Origin: Oscillospiraceae bacterium
GTDB taxonomy: Bacteria; Bacillota; Clostridia; Oscillospirales; Acutalibacteraceae
Direction: 5' to 3'
NCBI GenBank assembly: GCA_028706415.1
Contig: JAQWBK010000001.1
Coordinates: 1-51,190, forward strand
DNA length: 51,190 nucleotides
Each line of letters opens with the position of its first letter. Positions within the stretch are counted from its first letter, which is position 1. The notes under the pieces are model-generated. The model searched no databases. It was not told the DNA's origin and worked only from the letters and a program-made list of their open reading frames with translations. The position numbers were made by a program, and so were the translations under genes. Positions 9,266-16,860 of the stretch are shown one piece after another.

Positions 9266-12200
9266 TCAATTATCCTCGGCCTTGGCCAATTCGTCAAAAA
9301 CCATCTTATCGTCCCGCTTTTGCAAAAACCGCACCGGATCATCCTGCTCATGCCCGCAAACGGTTTTATAGTCGCACCAGTCGCAGGCCTCCACCTCTCC
9401 CGCCGTGGGGAGGGCGGCAATATCCCCCTGTCGCAGGGTTTGGGCCATTTTTATCAAAAGCCTGTCAATACTCTTTTTCAGTAGCCCCATCTGCTCTAAT
9501 GAAGCGATTCCCGAACCCTTGGAAAACTCCCCGTTATTATTTAATTTGGCGGGTATGAAAAGTCCGGCCGCATCCTTTTCCATTGCGCGTATTACCTCGG
9601 GGTCATCCAGCAGCAAGCCGTTCATCCTGAGTGCCTTAATCTGCTCTGCTTTGACCTTTTCCATATCGGCATCCCGCCCCACCTGAACCACAGGCAGTTT
9701 GGCAGGCATATATAAAATCCCCGCCGGCACAACATCGCCGTATCTTTCCCTGCCGTTCTGCCACACCGAAAAGAGATATATAAGCATCTGAACATTTATA
9801 CCCTCAACCACATCCGACAGGCGAAATTCCTTTGACCCTGTTTTATAGTCCAAAACCCTCACATAGGATGTGCTGCCCTGTTTATATACATCCACCCTAT
9901 CAATTTTACCAACCACCCTGACCTTGCTGCCATCCGGCAAAGTCAGAACAACCGGCGATATGAAGGGTTCATCCCCCTCATACGGCCTACCCACCGAAAG
10001 TTCAAAATCCACAGGTACAAACCTGCTTTGCTTCAGCTCGGATACCACCTGCCAAAGCAGCGCCCCGGTGATTGCACTCAACCGTTTCAGCAGGGCGGCA
10101 AATCGGCTGGTCTTGTCCTCGGTCCCCCCCATAACATCATCCACATATTGACCCACAGCCTCCACCACATCGGCAAACACCCGCGGGCGGTCGATATCCT
10201 CAATCCCCTGGGCAGTATATACCGGCAGCACCTTTTCCATTACCCAGTGTGTCAGGGTGCCGAATGTCAAGCCGTCCAGATCGGCGGTACGGCGGGGTTC
10301 TGCTTTTAAACCATACTTGCAAAAGTATGCAAAACGGCAACGATAATAGGACTCTATGCGAGAGGCTGACAGATTCATCTCACTTGGGAAAAGCAGTCGG
10401 GCGGTGTCGGGGTCATTAAATGCCGCCGGTTTTCTGCTTGCCGCCCGCTCAAGTGAGTTTAGTCGGGGGATATATTCATCCCTGCTTGAAAACACCTTTT
10501 TTAACGCGGCAGCACGGGGGGTTGTGCTCCCCCAGAGCAGCGCCGTATACTCAAAAGCATCCTTTTCGGATTCGGCCGCCCGCTCGTCCCTGTCATGGGC
10601 AATAGAACACTCGGGCAATATTCTTTTAAGCGACTCCACCAGAACCGACGGGGAAAGGCTTTCACCCGCCGCGTTCCCTTTAATATAGCTTACCACCAGC
10701 CCGTCTGAGGGGGCGGCAACCGCCGCATATGCAAAAAATCGCTCCTCAACCGCCCTTTGGTCGGCGGTATCGGACAAAGACAACCCCCGAGAAATAAGCT
10801 GGTTTCGCTCGTTATCTGTCAGAATTCCCCCATCCGAGGGATAGGCGGGGAAAACTCCCTCGTTAGCCCCAAGGATAAATACTGTTTTGGGGGATGAAAA
10901 GCGAATTCTGTCGGCCGCCCCAACCTGAACCGCATCCAGGCTTTGGGGAACCGCACCTAAATCGGTAAGCCCCGCCGAAGTCCGAAGGAGATCGGTCAAT
11001 CGGGTTGGGGAGAAGGAAGCCCCGCGGCACACAACCGCCATTCGGTCGAGCAGTTCCATGGTGACATCCCAAATGCGCGCCATCCGCTCGGCCAGCGCGG
11101 GCTCACCCGCTTTATCCAGCCGTGCCACCCTCATCCTTGTTATCACATCGGCCTTAACCTCGATAATATATCGGTAAACCGCCTTTGCAAAATCCTCTCC
11201 CGAAGCGTGGTTATTATATATTGCGGAGTGCAGCCGCTCCAATGGACTAACCAGTCGGCGGCGCAGCAAATTCAAATATGAGAGCTGCTTACCCGATTGC
11301 TCGTCCGCCCGAACCGCCAGCCCGTTGGGATTACCCTTCCATTCATTCCGCCAACCCGCACCGTTAATCCTCCACATAAGGGCATAGTTTTCAATGAGGG
11401 CAGCCGAATGGGTTGAAAAGCCTGCCAGTCCCGTTTTTATCAGACGGAGGATATCTTCTGTTTTAAACCCTCCCGTTATAACATCAAGAGCCGAGAGGGC
11501 AAGGGTGATAAGCGGTTCTGTGAGTATATCGGTACGCTCATCCATCACAAAGGGGATCCCCTGCTTTTCCATGGCGGAATCCAGCACCCCACGGTATTCG
11601 CCGAGGTTCCTTGCCACCACGGCAAAATCGCGGCAACGCCCCCCGTTTTCACGCAGACGGCGGCGTATCTCCCTTGCCACAAAATCGCATTCATCATATA
11701 TATCGGAACAGGGGGCTATCATAACTTCACCCGCGGGTTTATCATATACCGTCGGACGGGGGGTAAACAGGCTTGCTTCGGCAACTTTAAGCCCCTCGGT
11801 TGCCGCCCTCATGTTCTGGGTCAACAGCTCTATTTTTGCCACCTCAACCCCGTCCTGCCACGCCATATCCTTAAGCCTTGATGCGGTACGGATTACCGGC
11901 GAAAACAGGCCGTAGCCCCCCGCCTTATCCTCTGTTCCATCGGCGCAAAGCGCAACCGTTATCTGTTTTGCTTGCCTAAATAATACACGCAAAACCGCCA
12001 GCTCGGGGGCTGTGAACCCCTTGAACGAATCTATAAATATGTGTGCCCCAACTGCCAAGCTGCTGTCCTGCAGCTTGGCAGCCAAGACGGTTAAATCATC
12101 GGTCGGGTCGATATATTTCATTCCGTCATCGCCGCCGTCGGTAACCCCGGCCGCCACCGCCTCGTATGCGCCCATTATAACCGACAGCTCCTGCATCTTG

Positions 12201-12664
12201 CGGCGCAGGGTGCCGTCCTCCATATCGGCAGCCGTCTTTTCAAGGTCAAGCGGGCTAATTCCGCATTGCTTCATTTCGGCGGTCACCGAGAGAATTGTTC
12301 CCACCGCCCCGGTATCCGAGGCAGCCCGCCTAAAAAGGGTCAGGTTATCCGTCGTAATCTCCAGCGCACGGCTCATAAGCAGGGTTCTTGTCGCATCATC
12401 CATCCTGCGACCGGCCAGCCCGCCCACCTCACGAAAAACCAGCTCTGCCATTCGGGTAAAGCTTAATACCCGAACCCGCCCCGCCATTACAGGCCCCAGT
12501 CGGCGAAGAAGGGTCCGCTCACTTTCAAAAGAAAACTGCTCCGGCACAAGCAAAATCAAGCCCTCATTCTCTTGCAGGTCGGTCGACCAAGCAAGGTCAC
12601 AGAGCCGTTGGTATATGGTATGTGTTTTCCCGGTACCCGAGCGTCCCAGCAGAAGGCGAAGCAT
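9266..12664 (-). CDS. addB: ATP-dependent helicase/nuclease subunit B (AddB)
   Basis: The N-terminal Walker A is GRSGTGKT. The C-terminal nuclease motif RVLDYKTG is bracketed by Cys residues (CRFAYFC ... CDWCDYKTVC), as in the AddB Fe-S domain. Size and synteny with addA also fit. Confidence 0.92.
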   Translation of the reverse strand: MLRLLLGRSGTGKTHTIYQRLCDLAWSTDLQENEGLILLVPEQFSFESERTLLRRLGPVMAGRVRVLSFTRMAELVFREVGGLAGRRMDDATRTLLMSRALEITTDNLTLFRRAASDTGAVGTILSVTAEMKQCGISPLDLEKTAADMEDGTLRRKMQELSVIMGAYEAVAAGVTDGGDDGMKYIDPTDDLTVLAAKLQDSSLAVGAHIFIDSFKGFTAPELAVLRVLFRQAKQITVALCADGTEDKAGGYGLFSPVIRTASRLKDMAWQDGVEVAKIELLTQNMRAATEGLKVAEASLFTPRPTVYDKPAGEVMIAPCSDIYDECDFVAREIRRRLRENGGRCRDFAVVARNLGEYRGVLDSAMEKQGIPFVMDERTDILTEPLITLALSALDVITGGFKTEDILRLIKTGLAGFSTHSAALIENYALMWRINGAGWRNEWKGNPNGLAVRADEQSGKQLSYLNLLRRRLVSPLERLHSAIYNNHASGEDFAKAVYRYIIEVKADVITRMRVARLDKAGEPALAERMARIWDVTMELLDRMAVVCRGASFSPTRLTDLLRTSAGLTDLGAVPQSLDAVQVGAADRIRFSSPKTVFILGANEGVFPAYPSDGGILTDNERNQLISRGLSLSDTADQRAVEERFFAYAAVAAPSDGLVVSYIKGNAAGESLSPSVLVESLKRILPECSIAHDRDERAAESEKDAFEYTALLWGSTTPRAAALKKVFSSRDEYIPRLNSLERAASRKPAAFNDPDTARLLFPSEMNLSASRIESYYRCRFAYFCKYGLKAEPRRTADLDGLTFGTLTHWVMEKVLPVYTAQGIEDIDRPRVFADVVEAVGQYVDDVMGGTEDKTSRFAALLKRLSAITGALLWQVVSELKQSRFVPVDFELSVGRPYEGDEPFISPVVLTLPDGSKVRVVGKIDRVDVYKQGSTSYVRVLDYKTGSKEFRLSDVVEGINVQMLIYLFSVWQNGRERYGDVVPAGILYMPAKLPVVQVGRDADMEKVKAEQIKALRMNGLLLDDPEVIRAMEKDAAGLFIPAKLNNNGEFSKGSGIASLEQMGLLKKSIDRLLIKMAQTLRQGDIAALPTAGEVEACDWCDYKTVCGHEQDDPVRFLQKRDDKMVFDELAKAEDN

Positions 12665-12730
12665 ATCCTACCCCCCCGATTATAATATAATAAATCAATT
12701 ATAACACATTGCATGAAAAACAGGCAATAT

Positions 12731-12853
12731 AATACTAATCGCTCATTAATACTAATCCCTTACTGATAACGCTTAATAGCCCGCCGACGACAACAACGCT
12801 GTATGGCGGAAAACAGACCCCAAAGATGACTTGATTTTTACTTGAGAGCAGTA
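12731..12853 (+). repeat. Copy B of the palindromic repeat family (chimeric or truncated)
   Basis: Bases 12779-12853 match the right half of copy A (1427-1502) with only a few substitutions. The left end TAATACTAATCCCT matches the reverse complement of the right terminus of copy C. Confidence 0.75.
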
Positions 12854-12998
12854 TAATATATAACTCCCCCAGCCGCCTATGGCGACCGAGGGAGTGAAGA
12901 TTTCTGTTAAATGTGGAAGGTGCCTTCCAAGTCTTTTTGGTGCCCCCTTGCATCTCTCGGGCTTTGCTAACAAGAAAAAAAGTCCAAGCCCCTATTAA

Positions 12999-13715
12999 TT
13001 ACTCGGGTAACACCCACATTTTCATAATAAATATCATTTCTCTTAAAAATTCGGCGGGGGCGGCATAAAAAGGTGTATTAACCGCGCTATGGCCTGCAGA
13101 AAAGCCAATGTCCTGGGCAGTTTGTGTCGCCCTGTATATATTATATTCGTTGGTGATGAGAACGCATGAAAAGCCAAGTGGGAAATGCTCATTTAATATT
13201 TCTTTCGAGAAAGAAAGGTTTTCATAAGTTGAGGCTGATTTTTCTTCTTTTATGATATTAGCTGACGGAATATTCTTGGTAAGCAGATAATTCTCCATCG
13301 CCTGCGCCTCGGTGATATCCTCCTGACCGCCTTGGCCGCCGCACACGATTATAATGGCATCTGGGTTCTTGCCGTAATATGCAGCCGCTTGATCCAGTCG
13401 TTTTAAAAGGTTGCCCCGGACTTTTTCGCCGCGTATACCGGTACCCAAAACGATAACGGCATCTTCGTTATAATTTACACTGCTTATATTGCCGTACACC
13501 GTAAGAGCGATCATGGAAAGTAGGGGTATAATTGCAATAATGACTATAATAATATGTGTTCTTTTTTTAAACAAAACAAAATAAAATGCGTATAACATTA
13601 AAAGAATGGCGACAATAGCCTGGATTAACATACCAATATGAAAGGTTGTTATAAACAAAAGGAAAAACACATCCAACAACAAAATGCTTCCTATCGTTAA
13701 TAAAATATGTTTCAT
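12999..13715 (-). CDS. DUF218/YdcF (ElyC/SanA-like) family membrane protein
   Basis: N-terminal hydrophobic helices are followed by a DUF218-like core (VIVLGTGIRG, IIVCGGQGG, STYEN). The family call is from memory. Confidence 0.7.
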   Translation of the reverse strand: MKHILLTIGSILLLDVFFLLFITTFHIGMLIQAIVAILLMLYAFYFVLFKKRTHIIIVIIAIIPLLSMIALTVYGNISSVNYNEDAVIVLGTGIRGEKVRGNLLKRLDQAAAYYGKNPDAIIIVCGGQGGQEDITEAQAMENYLLTKNIPSANIIKEEKSASTYENLSFSKEILNEHFPLGFSCVLITNEYNIYRATQTAQDIGFSAGHSAVNTPFYAAPAEFLREMIFIMKMWVLPE

Positions 13716-13867
13716 ATACTTCCTCCTAATTTAATGAATAGTTTGTTCATAAGCTATAGGAAATTTAGGTTATTAATAGTATATCATATATTAATTGAGC
13801 TTTACACCATTATTTTCATATTATTATATTATTTATTCATGTTAAAGATAAAGTGATAAATCTTTCG

Positions 13868-14020
13868 TTTGCCATACAGTATCCTGCAGGATGTGATGCT
13901 GTGTATCGGACCCAACGCAGGCAGATACAAGGCGGGGGCAAACGCGAGAGCGTGGGTTATGGCAAAATATGTACGAAGGTGGGGGCGCACCTATATATGC
14001 GGCCCTACGGCATCACAAAT
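13868..14020 (+). repeat. Divergent fifth member of the palindromic repeat family (GC-rich structured island in an AT-rich spacer)
   Basis: GCAGGATGTGATGCTGTGTATCGG and ACAAGGCGGGGG...GAGAGCGTGGG resemble the left arm and centre of copies A and C. Self-complementary pairs are TTTGCCATA (13868-13876) / TATGGCAAA (13958-13966) and TGTGATGC (13892-13899) / GCATCACA (14010-14017). Confidence 0.35.
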
Positions 14021-14152
14021 AATCTCTCCGAATAAATGTATTTAATTTTGCGTGCATATAGTTATAAAATACGCATCATTTTGAATGTAATCATAATCCT
14101 TCAAGCGTATTTGTTTCTCTTCGGTAAATTCATTTTTCTGCCACCTACGCGT

Positions 14153-14376
14153 AATACAACTCAACCACCCTCGGCTGAAAGCTGAGGGGTTCGGCTGGCG
14201 GCTGGAATCCGTCTAATACTAATATCCGACTAAAATATTGATAAGGTTTCCGAGGATATTTTGTGTCGGGCAAGGCAGATGACGCAGGCGGGCTGACGCC
14301 CGGCAAGGAGGATACCGCAGACAGACGAAAAACAAACCGCAAAGACAGGATGATTTTTATCAGGGATTAGTATTAG
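14153..14376 (+). repeat. Copy C of the palindromic repeat family
   Basis: Outer arms are CTAATACTAAT (14213-14223) and ATTAGTATTAG (14366-14376). The left arm CCGAGGATATTTTGTGTCGGGCAAGG and the centre CGGGCTGACGCCCG match copies A and D. The upstream hairpin module ACAACTCAACCACCCTCGGCTGAAAGCTGAGGGG is the reverse complement of the 3' module of copy A. Confidence 0.8.
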
Positions 14377-14469
14377 TCATAATCATTTCACAACACTGCC
14401 GTATAAAAAAGCAAATTGTGATTCCATTGTCACACTAGCTTTGCGTCTCATTCTCATCTCAGCTTCCCT

Positions 14470-14514
14470 GCCGAAAACAAAGATACTGCCCAAAAGGGCA
14501 GTATCTTTGTTTTT
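14470..14514. terminator. Boundary hairpin, copy 1 of 2 identical 45-bp sequences; terminator of the minus-strand gene array
   Basis: The sequence is GCCGAAAACAAAGATACTGCCCAAAAGGGCAGTATCTTTGTTTTT. It forms an 18-bp perfect stem (14474-14491 / 14496-14513) with a 4-nt loop. It lies 58 nt beyond the stop of the last minus-strand gene and is identical to 49317-49361. Confidence 0.8.
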
Positions 14515-14572
14515 TCTTATGGCTCGGAATAGCTGCCTGAATTTCAAATACACTGAATTTCAACTGCTTTTT

Positions 14573-15583
14573 CTATTTAACCCGAACGATCCTATTCTCT
14601 CGAATGGCAATATCCGCAGATATTGCCGTGCAGAAGGCGCTGTATACTTCGTCAATTGTCGGATTGGCAGGCACATTTTTTTCAATCATCTCAATCAATG
14701 TGCTTATCTGAGCGTACATATCCTTATACTCCGCCTGCATGTTAATGGTCTCATACTCACCGATATCGCTGTGGTAAATTGAGATCAAGTCGCCCTCTTC
14801 GCAGTTTGATGAACGATGATCCTTTAGTTCAAGCGAAATGCGACCCTTATCTCCGATGAACTCTTTAAGATTCTGGGATGCGGTGTTTTTACTCCAACCA
14901 GCTTCATAAAAACCGATGCAGCCGTTTTCAAGCTTAGCCGTAATCAGACCGTAGTTGGGGTGTTCGGTATCAGGCTCTATGCGTGTACCAATGCCCCCTA
15001 CCTCTATCACCGGCGATCCGGTAAACCATTGCATAATGTCTATGTAATGAACGCCGCAGTCAACTATCGGGGAGCAATCGTCAAGAAGTCTGTTATAACG
15101 CTCCCAATCCATTGCGTGGTGGTTCTGAACCATTCTAATGACACGGATGTTTCCAATCTCTCCGCTTTGTAATAGTTCCCGTATTTTCATATATGACCGA
15201 TTATGCCGAAGGATATGTGCGATTAGCACCTTGCTTTCGGACGCCTTAACCGTATCATAAAATTCCCTGCCATCTTCAGCCGTTGTTGCAATAGGCTTCT
15301 CGCATAATACATGTTTCCCGGCAGCAAGACAATCCTTCAAAATCTCCAGATGGGTCGCTGCGTAGGATGCAATAATAACGATATGTGTATTTGCTTCATT
15401 CAGATACTTCCGATAATCCGTTCCGTAATGAAGCGCATTATATTTCTTTGCGGCTTCCTTTGCTTTATCTATCTGGGGATCTATCACCGCAATGATTTGA
15501 ATATTGTCGCGATAATAAATATCTGCAAGATGCTGTAGTCCTATATGCCCGCAGCCGATCATCAGTATACCATATTGCTTCAT
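14573..15583 (-). CDS. Gfo/Idh/MocA-family NAD(P)-dependent oxidoreductase
   Basis: The N-terminal Rossmann motif is MIGCGHIG. The conserved EKP motif is VLCEKP. The C-terminal alpha/beta domain and length are typical of the family. Confidence 0.88.
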   Translation of the reverse strand: MKQYGILMIGCGHIGLQHLADIYYRDNIQIIAVIDPQIDKAKEAAKKYNALHYGTDYRKYLNEANTHIVIIASYAATHLEILKDCLAAGKHVLCEKPIATTAEDGREFYDTVKASESKVLIAHILRHNRSYMKIRELLQSGEIGNIRVIRMVQNHHAMDWERYNRLLDDCSPIVDCGVHYIDIMQWFTGSPVIEVGGIGTRIEPDTEHPNYGLITAKLENGCIGFYEAGWSKNTASQNLKEFIGDKGRISLELKDHRSSNCEEGDLISIYHSDIGEYETINMQAEYKDMYAQISTLIEMIEKNVPANPTIDEVYSAFCTAISADIAIRENRIVRVK

Positions 15584-15676
15584 TAACCATCAAACCTTAA
15601 GTTATATTTAGAATTATAGAAAATTCATCTGCATTTCAGTGAAGCAAGGCAAGAGCGATGCCCTTGCCTTGATTTT

Positions 15677-16726
15677 TCATAATGTAATCTCTTTATGCTG
15701 CTGCGCAGAATCATAGATCGCCTGTAATACCTTTGCGGTAATGACCACCGTATCAATATTTGACGGAAGCTTTTCTCCGCTTTGGATGCAATCTATAAAT
15801 GCATTTATCTCATTTTCGAAATGGTTGCGCATATTAAATTCAGGTTTATACGAAACCAGAGCTCCATTTTCAGCAGTGAAAACCTCGAAATCACTGCCAT
15901 ACTGAAGTCGAATACCCGCCTTATCACCCATAAAATCAATATACATTTCGCCTTTTCCGATGTTCTGCGCCCATGCACCGTTCAAGGTAATAACCGGCCC
16001 TTGTGTGCGTATCATTCCGGTGACGGAATCGTCCACATCATAGATTCCATCATAATTCGGAGGCCCCGCCCACATATCCTTGTATGTATAATCGTGCATG
16101 TTCTTTCCCAGCTTACAGAATGTCTCCCCCGATACGGTTAAAGGGCTGGGATCACCGCAGCAATACATGACAATATCAAGGAAGTGTACGCCCCAGTCGA
16201 TCAGTGCGCCGCCGCCTGCAATCGCCTTGGTCGTGAATGCACCCCCAAGACCCGGTATTGAGCGATGCGCCCGGAAGCTGATGTAGACATGAAAAACCTC
16301 TCCAAGCTTACCGTCGTCTATATACTTTTTAATATGGTTCACACCGTCATTAAATCGATTGACAACACCGATATTAAGCACCTTGCCTGTTTCTTGCTGT
16401 ACCCGCTGCATTTCCAGCGCCTCGTCATAGGTTCTCGCGGCGGGTTTTTCACACAGCACATGCTTACCAGCCCTGAGACAATCTATGGCAATAATCGAAT
16501 GGACGTTATTGGGAGTACAAACCGAAACAGCCTCCACCTCATCATCCGCCAATATTTCGTGATAATCACTCACGGCTATACCGTAGCCGTATTTCTCAAC
16601 AGCGGCTCCTGCGCGCTCGGGAATGATGTCGCAGAAATACTTAATCTGCGCTATTTCGTTTTTTATGTATGCCGGTATATGTGCTGCGTTCGCTATCGAC
16701 CCGCAACCGATAATTGCTATTTTCAT
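15677..16726 (-). CDS. Gfo/Idh/MocA-family NAD(P)-dependent oxidoreductase
   Basis: The N-terminal Rossmann motif is IIGCGSIA and the EKP motif is VLCEKP. It is a paralogue of the neighbouring gene but clearly divergent. Confidence 0.88.
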   Translation of the reverse strand: MKIAIIGCGSIANAAHIPAYIKNEIAQIKYFCDIIPERAGAAVEKYGYGIAVSDYHEILADDEVEAVSVCTPNNVHSIIAIDCLRAGKHVLCEKPAARTYDEALEMQRVQQETGKVLNIGVVNRFNDGVNHIKKYIDDGKLGEVFHVYISFRAHRSIPGLGGAFTTKAIAGGGALIDWGVHFLDIVMYCCGDPSPLTVSGETFCKLGKNMHDYTYKDMWAGPPNYDGIYDVDDSVTGMIRTQGPVITLNGAWAQNIGKGEMYIDFMGDKAGIRLQYGSDFEVFTAENGALVSYKPEFNMRNHFENEINAFIDCIQSGEKLPSNIDTVVITAKVLQAIYDSAQQHKEITL

Positions 16727-16860
16727 TTTAAATGCTCATCCTTTTACTTGCTTCATTAAATAGGTCTAGGTAGCCTTTGCCATCCACCGGTGTATCTTCC
16801 TGCTTTGAGTAAACCAAATTACAACTCTAAAAGTACCCATTTTGAGTAATATAATCTCTA

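Noticed and set aside
5985-12704. Many long plus-strand ORFs lie opposite addA/addB, for example 12012..12704 (230 aa), 11394..11915 (173 aa) and 9098..9484 (128 aa).
   Set aside because: They lie entirely antisense to two long genes with clear helicase and nuclease motifs. They have low-complexity Ser/Arg/Pro/Ala-rich composition, no RBS and no recognisable motif. They are typical shadow ORFs of GC-rich coding DNA.
13930-13970. A possible c-di-GMP-I (GEMM-I) riboswitch was suggested by GGGCAAAC, a GNRA-capped hairpin and GGCAAAA.
   Set aside because: The conserved second-helix sequence (ACGCAAAGC-type) and the tetraloop-receptor arrangement are absent. No gene lies downstream on that strand. 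The segment aligns better with the palindromic repeat family.
14145-14342. A 65-aa minus-strand ORF lies in repeat copy C, and a 60-aa ORF (13853..14035) lies in the GC-rich spacer.
   Set aside because: Both fall inside repeated palindromic DNA and have no RBS. The other repeat copies do not preserve an equivalent open frame. They are most likely non-coding.
15645-15671. A hairpin CAAGGCAAG / CTTGCCTTG between the two oxidoreductase genes could be a terminator.
   Set aside because: The T-run follows the stem on the plus strand, but both flanking genes are on the minus strand, where no U-tract follows. It is more likely an intercistronic stability element or a coincidence.
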